Source: Octopus sinensis
Taxonomy: Eukaryota
NCBI RefSeq assembly: GCF_006345805.1
Contig: NC_043006.1
Coordinates: forward strand, 32,860,001-32,924,000
Length of the DNA stretch: 64,000 nt
Direction: 5' to 3'
The notes under the pieces are model-generated. The model made no database searches. It had not been told where the DNA came from and saw nothing but the letters and a program-made list of their open reading frames with translations. The translations under genes were made by a program, and so were the position numbers. This document shows, in pieces, positions 1 through 13,172 of the stretch. Each line of letters starts with the position of its first letter. The stretch's first letter is position 1.

Positions 1-127
1 GTAGCAGTTACGCATTGGGGTCGATATTTTTTTTCTGTGCCTGTCCTTCTAATTCTTGTTTCTGTTGTCCGCCTTTATGACGTTTATCTGTCCGAACGTT
101 TTAATGCCCTCTATTCTCTTTTTGTTC

Positions 128-146
128 CATATATCTATATATATAT

Positions 147-241
<95 letters not shown>

Positions 242-276
242 TATTATATAATATATATATATATATATATACATAC

Positions 277-330
<54 letters not shown>

Positions 331-334
331 TATA

Positions 335-378
<44 letters not shown>

Positions 379-434
379 ATATATATTATAGTATCTATAT
401 ATATATATAATATATATAATATATATATATATAT

Positions 435-468
<34 letters not shown>
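128..468. repeat. (TA)n microsatellite, representative of many (e.g. 16575-16832, 17122-17537, 25930-26110, 33920-34045, 53560-53680)
   Basis: Direct reading. Confidence 0.98.
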
Positions 469-472
<4 letters not shown>

Positions 473-493
473 TATATGTATAATTCTAAACAA

Positions 494-580
494 GAATATT
501 ATTGACTTCGAAGTTTCGGGCAAGGCATTTCGACGAAATCTTAACTGATCAAAACTTCAAAGTCACTATCAATAATATTC
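494..580. repeat. Short fold-back element with GAAAC-ttcgaa-GTC motif
   Basis: gaatattattgacttcgaagtttc ... aaacttcaaagtcactatcaataatattc; central hairpin atttcg-a-cgaaat; about 25 bp from the (TA)n tract 128-468. Confidence 0.6.
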
Positions 581-997
581 TGGTTTCAGAATAAAAAATT
601 TGCACTCTACAAAAGTATAGAATGATCCATACAATTTATATAAAGCTGTTTTTATTATAACTGAAGATAAATAACAACTATATATATTTGAGAAGACACA
701 GATAGGTATAGATACCTGTGTGTGTGTGTGTGTTTGTGTGCGTGCGTGCGTGTGTGGTGTGTGTGTGTGTGTGTGCATACATGTATGCTTTGAGTGAGTA
801 TATTTCAAACAGAATAGAACAACAGACATTGAAACCCAGAGATATTCCTTTTAAATTAATGTCGTAGAATGGTTTATTAATTTTAGTTTGATTTATTCGA
901 ACTTCTGTGGAGTGTTGTGCATATTTTTGTGTTATTATTTAGTGTGGCTAGGTGATATACACACCACACACACACACACCACACCACCACACAACAT

Positions 998-1072
<75 letters not shown>

Positions 1073-1198
1073 ATATATGTATGTGTATATAAGTATATAT
1101 ATATGTGTGTGTGTATGTGTGTGTGTGTGTATTATATATCATCTTGCCACACTAAATAATAACACAAAAATACATACTCACACACGCACACACAGACA

Positions 1199-1264
<66 letters not shown>

Positions 1265-2492
1265 TATAGCAAATAGGAAAGTATTTGAAAAAAATGATTT
1301 CATATATATTGATACCTTAAAGAACTATCAAAGATCGTATAACTTATTGTTCCATTTAGTTTTCATCAGTTTATAGAACCTTATTTACGATATCTATTTA
1401 TCAAATGACAAATGATTGCTCACATTTTGGACGCAAATAAACAGAAAACTATATTATATGTAGTATTCGATTATATTTCAGTGTTATTTCCTTCTTGATT
1501 GATGATATAATTTAGAGAAATGGACATAAATATTTCGATATATATCGATGATGAGATATCATCTCTTATTTCTCTTCTTGTGTATTGTATGTAATATGCA
1601 AGATGGCGTTACTAAATATTGGAAATAGTGGAGCGATTGATATGAAATGTCACCTCCCTGAAAACTAGGCCTTTGTATTAACTTTTCATTCTTCACTTTC
1701 AACTGTCTCAACGGTCTTTTGGAATAACCATGATGCACACCGTTTCAAAACCCTTGTGAAGTTATATTTCTCACAGTCTCTAAGCGTTCTTTAATAACAG
1801 TACACAGGTCATAATTTCCCTTCCATCCATACTTACAATATAGCCAAATGCACACGACCATTTGAAAATTAGATGATATACTACAGCGCATGCGCTTAAA
1901 TTAGTTCTGGTTGAGAAATCATTTCAGGCCTTAGCTTACAACAGTTTTAGAGTTTAAACCTGAGCGATGATATCCGTTTTCAACAATGATTGCTATTGCA
2001 ATCAAACTAAATTGCATTAGTCTGGACACATTTTACGTCTCTCTAACGATGGTATATAAGACGCATTCTGACGGTTCCTATACCCAGGACCCTTAAAGTT
2101 TAATGCAGTAAAGACATTTTTTTCCTGAATTTATGCAGTTGAAATTGGGGTACATCTAATACATCCGCGTGTCTTTTATGCCATCATATTGAATAGTTCC
2201 GATATTGACTACAATAAATAGAGTGACTGAGAGATAGGGTGTGTTCAATACATCACGTTTAACTTAATGGAAATGCAATGAATTCAAAAATATGAAAGTG
2301 TATTACGTAAATGATCCCATCTACATCTAAAGACTTTAATGTAGATACAAAGACAGTTGTTCACGCTGCTGTTTAAGTCTTTGTCACTTCTATTTAAGTA
2401 TATCCGTAATATAAGCTATTTCGACCTTGAGTGTCCCATGAATTTTAGTTAAGTGTCATCATCATCATTATTATCATTAACTGAAGCAATTT

Positions 2493-2852
2493 AAGGCGGC
2501 GAGCTGGCAGAAACTTTAGCACACCGGGCGAAATGCTTAGCGGTATTTCGTCTGCCGTTACGTTCTGAGTTCAAATTCCACCGAGGTAAACTTTACCTTT
2601 CATCCTTTCGGGGTCGATAAATTAATTACCAGTTACGCACTAGGGTAGATATAATCGACTTAATCCGTTTGTCTGACCTTGTTTGTCCCCTCTGTGTTTA
2701 GCCCATTGTGGGTAGTAAAGAAATAGGTATTTCGCTGTCGTTACATTCTGAGTTCAAATTCCGCCGAGGTCGACTTTGTCTTTTATCCTCTCGAGGTTGA
2801 TCTAATCGACTGGCCCCCTCCCCCAAGGTTTCGGTTCTTATAGAAAAGAATA
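2493..2852 (+). mobile_element. SINE family A (tRNA-like head, Nin-like central domain) with partial internal duplication
   Basis: aaggcggcgagctggcagaa head, B-box-like gagttcaaattcc, central cctttcatcctttcggggtcgataaattaa; module repeats from about 2726. Confidence 0.9.
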
Positions 2853-3267
2853 TCAGAGTTCTCATTCTGACAGTTTTCATTTTACTATCGCATAGTCTAA
2901 CAGAGATTTAATATATACCATTAATACACTTCTTTACTCTATCGATTTACCGGAAACCAATCTAAAGACACACTTTTCAAGTCTAAAAAGAAAATAGGAC
3001 TTGCATACACACTGTGTTTACAGTTCTGTATTTAAGAGGTGTATTTAAATACACCGTGTTTATACTGTAACGTAAGATTTTAATCGAGTACTTGACTGTC
3101 TTTTAATCAGAAGCAGAGTTTCAACCACTCGAAAATAGCGAGTTCTCCAAGTGTTTCTCAATATCTGATGATGTTGTCGGTATTCTTACAATTAAACAAA
3201 CTTAATGATCAGTATTAATATTTTCATCGATTTTTGTATGGAGAAATGCCTACCAGCATTAATTATA

Positions 3268-3625
3268 TTATATTTTATTTGTTTCAGACATGGGATTTTG
3301 AAGCGTTTTTAATCAAACAAATTACACCTAGTGCTTACATTTTTATGTTTGAAACCAATTTTATCGGTTTTTTTTTTTACTGAACCGCTATGGTGTGCGG
3401 TCTTAAACCAAGACCGTTTGTCAAACAGTGGGAGTACAAACACAAACAGAAAGACACACACACACACTCGGCAGGCTTCCACATAGACAGTTACCACCAA
3501 CCAAATTCACGCACAAGACATTGTTCTGTTAGTCTCCCCGGCGCTATACTAGAACATACTTGCTCAAGGTGCCTCGCAGCGGGACTGAACTCGAAACCAC
3601 TCGGTCGCAAAGCGCGCTTCACTTA
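3268..3625 (-). mobile_element. SINE family B, decayed
   Basis: ttgtttcag..accaaattcacgcacaag..ttgctcaaggtgcctcgcagcgggactgaac. Confidence 0.75.
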
Positions 3626-4825
3626 AGCAAAAGTTTTATTGTGAAATATTTTCATGTGTAGAGTATAAATGGCTCATCATTTAAATATTTATTTTGTTGA
3701 GATAAAAATGTAGGGTTTGGTTTTAGAGATCTTTTACCGTTAAGTGTTCCCGATCAAACGATAACGTATCGGCCCATCTCGTTGGTTCACAATTATATAT
3801 ATCGCTATATCGCTATCAATTACTGTGACTTTGATGTTAATAAATTCTCATTGAATCTCGATATGTCGTGCCGTAACTACGGAACTTTCTATCGTGATGC
3901 AATTATTTGATCAGTAAAGTAATCTTCTCCAATCTGACAAGTTATATTTGTCATAAAATCTACGGTTAAATATTAGAAAGCTAGGGTGTATACGAACGGA
4001 AATCACTCTACCGGAATTTAGATATGTTAATGGCAAAATATATTCAAAAGCGTAGGTATATTACTTTGCTGTAATGAGAGAAAATCTCGATTGTTTCAAG
4101 GTGTCGTCGTTCCTACGACACATCTCTCACTTTACTAATCTTAATCTTCTTGTTTCTATTTCTTCGTATAATTTTCTTTTTTACTACATTTGCACAGACT
4201 TTTCTGGTCGTAGAACTCTTTAAGTCTCCTTGAAATTAAAGTTTAAAGAAGCTTACTTTAACCCAGCAGCAATTGTATCAATAATGTGATATCAATGACA
4301 CTTTTAAATATGCCCTATTTTTGTTCAAGGTTACAGTTAAAATTCGCCATGGGGCGCTGGAAGCCAGCTTATTGAGAAATTCTTTAAAAGTGTTAAAATA
4401 ATAATATTGTAGCTTCTAATTCCCCTAGGAGGTTATATAAATTACAGAAGAAACAATTGCTGCAATACATGGAGTTGTGTAGCATTTAAAAAAAAATCTG
4501 CCTGTGACATGGTTATTCTTTCTATATAGTAATATTTGATACTCCAGGCTCTCACTCTGTAACGATATTACTGATTCCAGCCTATCAGACTGAAGTTTTT
4601 AATTTTTCATTTATTACTCGTGACTATAAATATGCATTCATTTTATTACAAAACTTTCAAGGGCAGAATTAAATATTCTTTCCTTCCTTAAATCCAGTTA
4701 CCCAAACTGATTAGGAAGACTCCATAATCTGTGAAAAATTTCTAGACTTCCGCGAGATTAGATGTATTTTAGTATAATTTACAAAAATTTCATCTAATGT
4801 AGTCAGAATTATGTACATTATTTAC

Positions 4826-5287
4826 ATATTCTGAGGCAGAATTTTGTCCATAAAATATAGGTATAGTTTCCGAGGGAAAAATGTTTGATAACATCAAATG
4901 CATTCATCATCCTGATTGAAATAGGGTAAAATATTTAATTACAATTCATCAGTCAGAACATTATAACTATCGCACTCCTAGTAATACTATTAATTGTTGA
5001 ATCAACAACTATTATCATACCATATCATATCAGATATGATATGGTATGATAATAGTTGTTGATTCAACAATTAATAGTATTACTAGGAGTGCGATATGGT
5101 ATGATAATAGTTGTTGATTCAACAATTAATAGTATTACTAGGTGTGCGATAGTTATAATGTTCTGACTGATGAATTGTAATTAAATATTTTACCCTATTT
5201 TAATCAGGATGATGGATGCATTTGATGTTATCAAACATTTTTCCCTCGGAAACTATACGTATATTTTACGGACAAAATTCTGCCTCA

Positions 5288-5293
<6 letters not shown>
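4826..5293. repeat. Large near-perfect palindrome (about 206-bp arms, apex 5032) with a 55-bp tandem duplication in the right arm
   Basis: 4826-5031 is inverted at 5033-5293; 5038-5092 is repeated at 5093-5147; right end abuts (TA)n. Confidence 0.95.
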
Positions 5294-5316
<23 letters not shown>

Positions 5317-5320
<4 letters not shown>

Positions 5321-5425
5321 AGGGTACAAATTAGTACCGGCATTGCTAGAAATGAGAGTAAAAAGTAGCCACACGTCGTTTTAGCGCTTATTTCTAGCAA
5401 TGCTGATACACATTTGCACCCTTGT
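5317..5425. mobile_element. Small hairpin MITE-like element
   Basis: acaagggtacaaat..gcattgctagaaatgagagtaaaa versus ttttagcgcttatttctagcaatgc..atttgcacccttgt; begins at the end of a TA run. Confidence 0.6.
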
Positions 5426-5466
5426 TTATTAATTTGCCTTTTATATATACGTATATATATATATAT

Positions 5467-5755
5467 TTTTTTTATTTATGCACCCTTTTCAAGCCTAGTC
5501 AGGCTTATGGCCCCGGTTTCCCGGTTTCTATGGCATATGTATCCCCCCTCCCCTGCTGGACGGGACGCCAATCCATCACAACGTTACTAAAAAAAAAACA
5601 GGAAGAAAGAGTGAGAGAAAGTTGGGGCGAAAGAGTACCACAGGGGTCGCCACTAGCCCCTGCCGGAGGCTCGTGGAGCTTCAGGTGTTTTCGCTCAATA
5701 AACACACACAACTCCCGGTCTGGGAATCGAAACCGCGATACTCCGACCGCATCCA

Positions 5756-5757
<2 letters not shown>
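5467..5757 (-). mobile_element. SINE family C head with an alternative V-domain-like tail (type 2)
   Basis: Shares cgcggtttcgattcccagaccggg..tttattgagcgaaaacacct with 40878, then gtgatggattggcgtcccgtccag..gaaaccgg and an A-rich end. Confidence 0.85.
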
Positions 5758-5812
<55 letters not shown>

Positions 5813-6884
5813 TTTATTATTAGAACATGGGAACTAGGTATTTTCGGAAGTGCTTTTGGTTTTCATTTTTGTTAGATTTTTTTTTTCCGCTGTGTTTCGA
5901 CCATCATCATGTCAATATTAATAACACATGCACTGGTACAATTCTACTCCTTTATTGCAAATTAATTGGTTAAATGTCTGTCCAGCTAACAAATCTATCG
6001 TTTGTTTAACTGTTTGGTTAAACAGTTAATTGTTTTTTGTCAGTTCTTTCATCATGAATCGCAACCTTTTCAGTGACTTATCTCATTAATTTCTTCGTCG
6101 TTTTCCTATTCCCAAAATAACTTAGCTGGTTTTGAACAAGGTCCCATTTTACTTTCAGACATGGAAAAATGCTGTTACTAAAGTGGTGAAATAATTATAT
6201 TTATTATAAAAAAGAACAGCCGATGTATTTTTTAAGTGGCAAAAGTTTGTACATTGAGGGTGGATCATTTCGTGCAAGATCACCGGAAGGTGGCCTCTCG
6301 GTATAGACGGCCTACCACCCTCATGACAAGTCCCAATATCAGGGCTACCCAGGAAAATTCCAGTCTTTGTTCTTATATAAATCCAGCTTTGCTTCTTTGA
6401 TGGGTTAAAAGATCCAGAGGCACTTCAGTATTATTAGAAATATTATTGTCGTGTCTAGGACAGCCATAAATCGGTTTCCGAAGCCAGTTGTTTTCATTTT
6501 TCTGTTTCCTTTCGCACTTACAGATGAATAATCCTTCTTTTATATTATATCACAAAATGCTTAAACGTCGCGTTGTACGTATTTATTATATATACTAAAT
6601 AACCAATCTCGCGTTTGGCTAACTTGCAAGGCAGGAGAGAATTTCTCGGCGCTGTCAATAACAATCTCCACAAAGTATTTTATTACAGACCTCCTTTTGT
6701 CCACGTGTATATTTATTCGGATAGAGAAAGAGAGAGAGAGAGAGAAAGAGAGAGGGGAGGAGAGAGAGATGAAAAACTGACGAAGAATGGAAAGCAAATT
6801 TGTTAAGGTGCATAGCCATACATTATTTATCCATCTATCTGTCTATCTATCTATTTCTTTCTTTCTCTCTCTCTCTCTCTCTCC

Positions 6885-6923
<39 letters not shown>

Positions 6924-8044
6924 ATATATATATATATATCGTCCATAAGTCGTGTTCATCCCACGTGCTTCCACCCACTTAGTTGCGTAATATTTGATAT
7001 TAAAGTGATTCGGGACTAATAGTATTTTTATTACAGTATCTTACCGAATGCTGACGCAAAATATAATATTTAGTCCCGATATATTCACCTATAATATTCT
7101 GCAGAAAATATACTGAATAAAATATAGAGTAAAGAAACAATGATTAATCTTTATAGGTAGATTGTTGTATAAGTTATGACTGACTGCGGTAATAGGAACT
7201 GTCTGATTTTCCATTTAAATAATAACCGAAACCAATGAAATGATTTCCTTTTACAGCATAAGTGATGTCTATAGGTTTCTAATTTTTCATACATTTTCTC
7301 ATATATTCATACGTAAAAGCTTCCAGATAAATAATGACTATAGAATCACTCCTCTCGTGTCCTTTCTACTTATTGCATTACGATGCAGTCTTTAATTTGG
7401 TCGTCGTTTCTTTCGGAGTTATATTTATATCAGATGTATTTCGTATGTAAAGTTATATTGTAGAAAGCTCCAATTATCTGTTATGTGATTGATATTTACT
7501 CATATGTTGGTTTAGCGCCAATCATTTTGTAGGGAGTGTATAGTCTCTGCAATTGCTCCCACGATCTGACTGGTACTTTATTTTATCGGCCCAGAATGTC
7601 ACATTTGGATTCAGAATAAACAGGTTCGGAACGGCAAAGCATTTTGTTTTACACTCACAACATCGCTCTAAAAAGTCATGAATGATTCTATTTCCTACCG
7701 TTGTATTCACACTGACACGCAAAAATATACACACATGTTTTTGTGTCTTTCATCTCTCTCTGTCTCCGTCTGTTTCCCTCTCCCTTTCTCTCTCTCTCTT
7801 CTGTGTGTGTGTGTATGTGTAAAATATTATAACAGCCGTATTTTTCAGCTGATTTTCTCTAAACCAGGAACATACATTACTTATATGTTCCAGGGATGGT
7901 TTTAGACTCTTAAAATTGTTCAAATAGTGAGGAATGGTCCCCCTATGGACAGAAAACACCCGTTCGTGGGTTACGTGGAGAAGGGCGGTCACTCTTTGCG
8001 AAATAACCTTCAGAAATTGATTGTCTCCCTTGTCCATTTCCATA

Positions 8045-8189
<145 letters not shown>

Positions 8190-8308
8190 CAGATAGATAG
8201 ATTTATATGTACACTAATAATAATGAATAAAAAAATTTTTTCCCAAAATTCTGGTGACCATTTTTCTCAATATACAATATCTGTACACCATACCACCACA
8301 CCTAACGT

Positions 8309-8418
<110 letters not shown>

Positions 8419-8488
8419 GGATAATAAAACGAATGGTTTACACCTGGTAGCTTACTAGTGAAGCACGGTCACTTTCAGAGTGATCGTT

Positions 8489-8536
<48 letters not shown>

Positions 8537-9124
8537 TATATATAAGTAGCTGAATGGATATGCAAATGAACAGAACAGATAAATAAGTAGATAGAGAGGT
8601 ACATAGGTAATACGAACAAGCAAGTACACACACACACATACAAACACATGAAAACACATGAATGTGCACAATACATACATAGGACCGTACACGGGCGCAT
8701 ACATATATATCTACGTATACACATACATGCTTACATACATACATTCATACATACATGCATATATACATACGTGCATATATGTGTATATACATGCGCACTG
8801 AAGCACATGCATGCGCACAAACAAAAAAAAGCACGCAACTCCGATAACGTACAGAGTCAACGACCATTGAAGAGGTTGCAACAAGCAAAGAAAATTTTAG
8901 AATAGTAAATAAATGCGTGGAAATCGAACCGGTGAGTGTGGTAATTAATAAGGTATTAAAGCAGAATGACCATCCCCCCCCCAAGAAAAAAATCATGCTT
9001 CAACACACGAATTCACATAAAGAATCTTACAAACGAAATATACAAACGAAATATACATGCATGATGAGTACTTCATCTTGAGATATGATTGCCGTTCGAT
9101 CAACACGCTCACATACCACAGCCC

Positions 9125-9181
<57 letters not shown>

Positions 9182-9986
9182 GTACTGATAGATAAATAAA
9201 TAGATAGATAGATAGCTAAAGAGAGAGAGAGAGAAAGATATAGATACATATATATAACCATTATGCTATAGCTGTTTATGAATGTTTCTAACACTTTAAC
9301 ACTCTCACAGAGCTGGAGAGAAATACCAATATAGCTGTCCATATCGGCTGCTGTTCGGGATTCATACCATGTCTTTCAATATCATTCTAAATTTCATATT
9401 CAGGTAGACTCGCATTCCCACTAACAAGCAAACATACACGCAGAAGCATACATGTTGGTATATAGTTGTATCGATGGGGATATATATGCATTTGCTCATG
9501 GTGGCAAGAGTGACGAAAGTCATTGCTGTATCCCTCGTGTTTTCTGTTCAGTATTGTTTGTCGTATCTCGGGAGGATCATGCCAATAATAAACACACGCA
9601 CTGGTTTAATTTTATTTCTTTATTATTCGTCAGTTGCTTAGTTACTTTGACGTAAAGTGCTAGAGGTACTGACATAACATTAGCAGACGAGAATCACGAG
9701 GATTTAGCGCTTCTTCCGTAGCAGCTGTCCGCACACTGCATGCCAGCGAAATTTCACTGTCACCGATATATTAAAAAGCACATAAATTATTTGGTCACTC
9801 ATGCCCTAAATAGGCGGCAGGCTCTTTAAAGAATAAATTTTCGCGACGGAAGCACCATTAATACGCAATTGCAATCCGTGTATCCCACTTAACGGGGATG
9901 CATTGTGTTTGAACGCTTTATTATCGCGGTATTTGTCTTGAGAGACCCTGTCAAATAGATGTAATGCACTATAAGCTTCTGTCACT

Positions 9987-10403
9987 AAGGGCGGCGAACT
10001 GGTAGATTTATTAGAATGCCAGGCGAGATGCTTAGCGGTATTTCGTCCGGTGTTACGTTCTGAGTTCAAATTCCGCCGAGGTCGACTTTGCCTTTCATCC
10101 TTTCGGGGTCGATAAATTAAGTACCAGTTACGCACTGGAGTCGATGTAATTGACTTAATCCCTTTCTCTGTCCTTGTTTGTCCCCTCTATGTTTAGCTCC
10201 TTGTGGGCAATAAAGAAATAGGTATTTCGTCCAGTGTTACGTTCTGAGTTCAAATTCCGCCGAGTTCGACTTCGCCTTACATCCTTTCTGGGTCGATTAA
10301 ATAAGTACCAGTTACGCACTGGGGTCGATATAATCGACTTAATCCGTTTGTCTGTCCTTGTTTGACCCTATATGTTTAGACTGCTGTAGGCAGTAAAGAA
10401 ATA
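9987..10403 (+). mobile_element. SINE family A with two internal modules
   Basis: Same head; ggtatttcgtcc..gttacgttctgagttcaaattccgccgag at about 10037 and about 10221. Confidence 0.9.
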
Positions 10404-10426
10404 AATGTTATATATATTACCTCTTT

Positions 10427-10618
10427 AAGGCGGCCAGATGGCAGAATCGTTAGCACGTCGGGCAAAATGCTTAGATGCATTACGTCCGCTTGAGGTGAAA
10501 TGCTGCCGAGGTCGGCTTTGCTTTCATCCTTTCAGAGTTGATAAAATAAGTACCAGTTAAGTACTGGGGTTGATACTCTCCAAATTACTGGCCTTGTGCC
10601 AAATTTTGAAACCAATAT
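10427..10618 (+). mobile_element. SINE family A, older short form
   Basis: aaggcggccagatggcagaatcgttagcac..gataaaataagtaccag..ggccttgtgccaaaattttgaaaccaata. Confidence 0.85.
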
Positions 10619-11504
10619 TATCTTTATCAGGACAGTTATTAGTTTATATATGAGGATATATATTCCAATATTCGTGGACATAGCTGGGTTGTAATGTAGA
10701 AGGCTGGTGGGGGGGATCGGTGAAAGATGCAAAATTAAGATTTTCAATGGAAAGGAAATTATTTTGGAGCAGGAAGGTATTAAGTTACACAGAGATAATA
10801 TTTTCTACTAAACGTTTATATCTGTTTGAAAGACACCATCATTTTTGTTACTTTGTGTGAACTTCCGTGTTTGTCATCGACACTTTGTGCGCTTATGTCA
10901 TAAAGTCATTATTTATTTTCAGGTCGGTGGCAATATATGATGTACGAATCGTAACATAGCAATTTTGCTGACTTATACAGAGTTGCATTATATTTAAACC
11001 TTGTGTATTATAGGATTCAGACAAATGCAATATCGTGTGAATGGAAGAAAGATAGATGATAGCGGAAAGAGAGATAGGGAATAGCAGTGAAAACAAGAAA
11101 GTGAAGTAAAAAAAAATGGATTAAAAATAGTTAGTCTATACTTCTAGGAATTATAGCTTGAAACAGCTTCATAGCATTTAGGAAGCACAATGTGAGATCA
11201 AGCGAGATGGTATACGAGATAAATATAAATTATTTTCAAAAAAAAAAGTTACGGAAATTTGTATAGGTTTAAATAAAAAAGAAAAGATAAGGGATGTAGA
11301 CAGAAAGACTGAACCAGATCTAATGTAAAAGGGAAAGAAATATTTTTACAGAGAAAAATAGATAAAATATATAAAAAATATAAAATATATATAATGATGC
11401 TTTTTTTTGGTAGCTGAAAGCGAATGTGAAATCACAAATTCTATAAAGTTTTCCCCTCAGTTTAGTTAGTGTATTAAATGTGGCTACTACTACTACTACT
11501 ACTG

Positions 11505-11540
<36 letters not shown>

Positions 11541-11887
11541 TACTACTACTTCTGCTGCTGTTGCTGCTGCTACTGTTGCTGTTTTGTTATCAGTGGTGAC
11601 TTTTATTACATATGATATCAACGTTATCATCTTTAGAAAACGCTTCTTGATAATCCTTTTTATCGAATATCTTCGTGACTTCCAGGAAATAATACATTCC
11701 AGCGCCCTATTTTAGCTTTTCTACCGCCATTACTTAGTTTCTATTCTACAATAACAGATAATTATGCAATTCTTATTTTAAGCTTTTACTTTATTTGTCT
11801 ATTGGAGTTTATATGTAATCATGTTTCTAATATAATTGATCCCCTAATGCAACTACCACTACTAACAACTTTTAGCTATACATTTTA

Positions 11888-12456
11888 CCAGGGTGAGTCA
11901 AAAAGTAATGCCATTTTGTTTAGGACAGGTATAATTACCAACACAGGAACATGTATCATACATCAAAATGAAGCTGGTCCTCTGAAGATCACATCCCTAC
12001 TCTCGATATAGTCACCGTTTCTCCTAACAGCAATGTTCCACCTTCGAATGAGAGCATGTATCCCTGCCCCGTAAAATTCTGTTGACTGTCCTTTGAGCCA
12101 TTTCTTCACGACAGTTTTCACTTCCTTCTCACTGGAATAATGTTTGCCTCTCAAACCCACTTTCATGGAGCCGAAGAGAAGATAGTCTTCTAGTGACGAT
12201 GATAGTCCAATGACGAGGAAGTGAAAATTGTAGTGAAGAAGTGGCTCAAAGAACAGTCAACAGAATTTTACGGGGCAGGGATACACGCTATCATTCGAAG
12301 GTGGAACGTTGCTATTGAGAGAAACGGTGACTATGTTGAGGAGCAGGGATGTGATACACAGAGGACCAGCTTCATTTTGATGGATAATAGATGTTCCTGT
12401 GTTGGTAATTATACCTGTCCTACACTAAAATGGCATTACTTTTTGACTCGCCCTCG
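11888..12456. mobile_element. Palindromic mariner derivative: two transposase 3' ends in inverted orientation
   Basis: TIRs ccagggtgagtcaaaaagtaatgcc / ggcattactttttgactcgccctcg, with TA at 11886-11887 and 12457-12458. Both arms encode a mariner C-terminus (LFGSMKVGLRGKHYSSEKEVKTVVKKWLKGQSTEFYGAGIHALIRRWNIAVRRNGDYIE; ORFs 11963-12166 - and 12221-12472 +). Confidence 0.92.
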
Positions 12457-12534
12457 TAATTTGTTGCCGTAGCACTATGTATGTATGTATGTATGTATGT
12501 ATGTATGTATATATATATATATATATTATATATA

Positions 12535-12915
12535 TACTCTTTTACTCTTTTACTTGTTTCAGTCATTCGACTGCGGCCATGCTGGAGCACCGCCTTTAGT
12601 CGAGCAACTCGACCCCGGGACTTATTCTTTGTAAGCCCAGTACTTATTCTATCAGTCTCTTTCGCCGAACCGCTAAGTGACGGGGACATAAACACATCAG
12701 CATCGGTTGTCAAGCAATGCTAGGGGGACAAACACAGACACACACATATATATATATATATACGACGGGCTTCTTTCAGTTTCCGTCTACCAAATCCACT
12801 CACAAGGCTTTGGTCTGCCCGAGGCTATAGTAGAAGACAGCTGCCCAAGATGCCACGCAGTGGGACTGAACCCGGAACCATGTAGTTGGTTAGCAAGCTA
12901 CTTACCACACAGCCA

Positions 12916-12918
<3 letters not shown>
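12535..12918 (-). mobile_element. SINE family B (tRNA-like head, CORE-like ttgggca, internal microsatellite)
   Basis: Minus strand reads gagtggctgtgtggtaagtagcttgct..gggttcagtcccactgcgtggca..; tail (agtaaaag)n; TA runs on both sides. Confidence 0.92.
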
Positions 12919-12950
<32 letters not shown>

Positions 12951-12953
<3 letters not shown>

Positions 12954-13172
12954 GCGCTAAATCTCGCTCCGAGCATATTTTAAAAGAAGCTTTCAATTCA
13001 GCAACAAAATCTTACCAATTACTCGTAATCAACACAGGACTATTTCATATAACTATATATATATATACAGTTATATGAAATAGTCCTGTTTTGATTACTA
13101 GTAATTGGTAAGATTTTGTTGCTGAATTGAAAGCTTCTTTTAAAATATGCTCGGAGCGAGATTTAGCGCATT
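12951..13172. repeat. 104-bp inverted repeat around a (TA)n spacer
   Basis: 12951-13054 is the reverse complement of 13069-13172 with 2 mismatches. The right arm starts TA-cagttat, resembling a Tc1/mariner terminus. Confidence 0.9.

Noticed and set aside
3038-3055. 18-bp perfect palindrome ggtgtatttaaatacacc as a regulatory site
   Set aside because: Single short occurrence with no supporting context.
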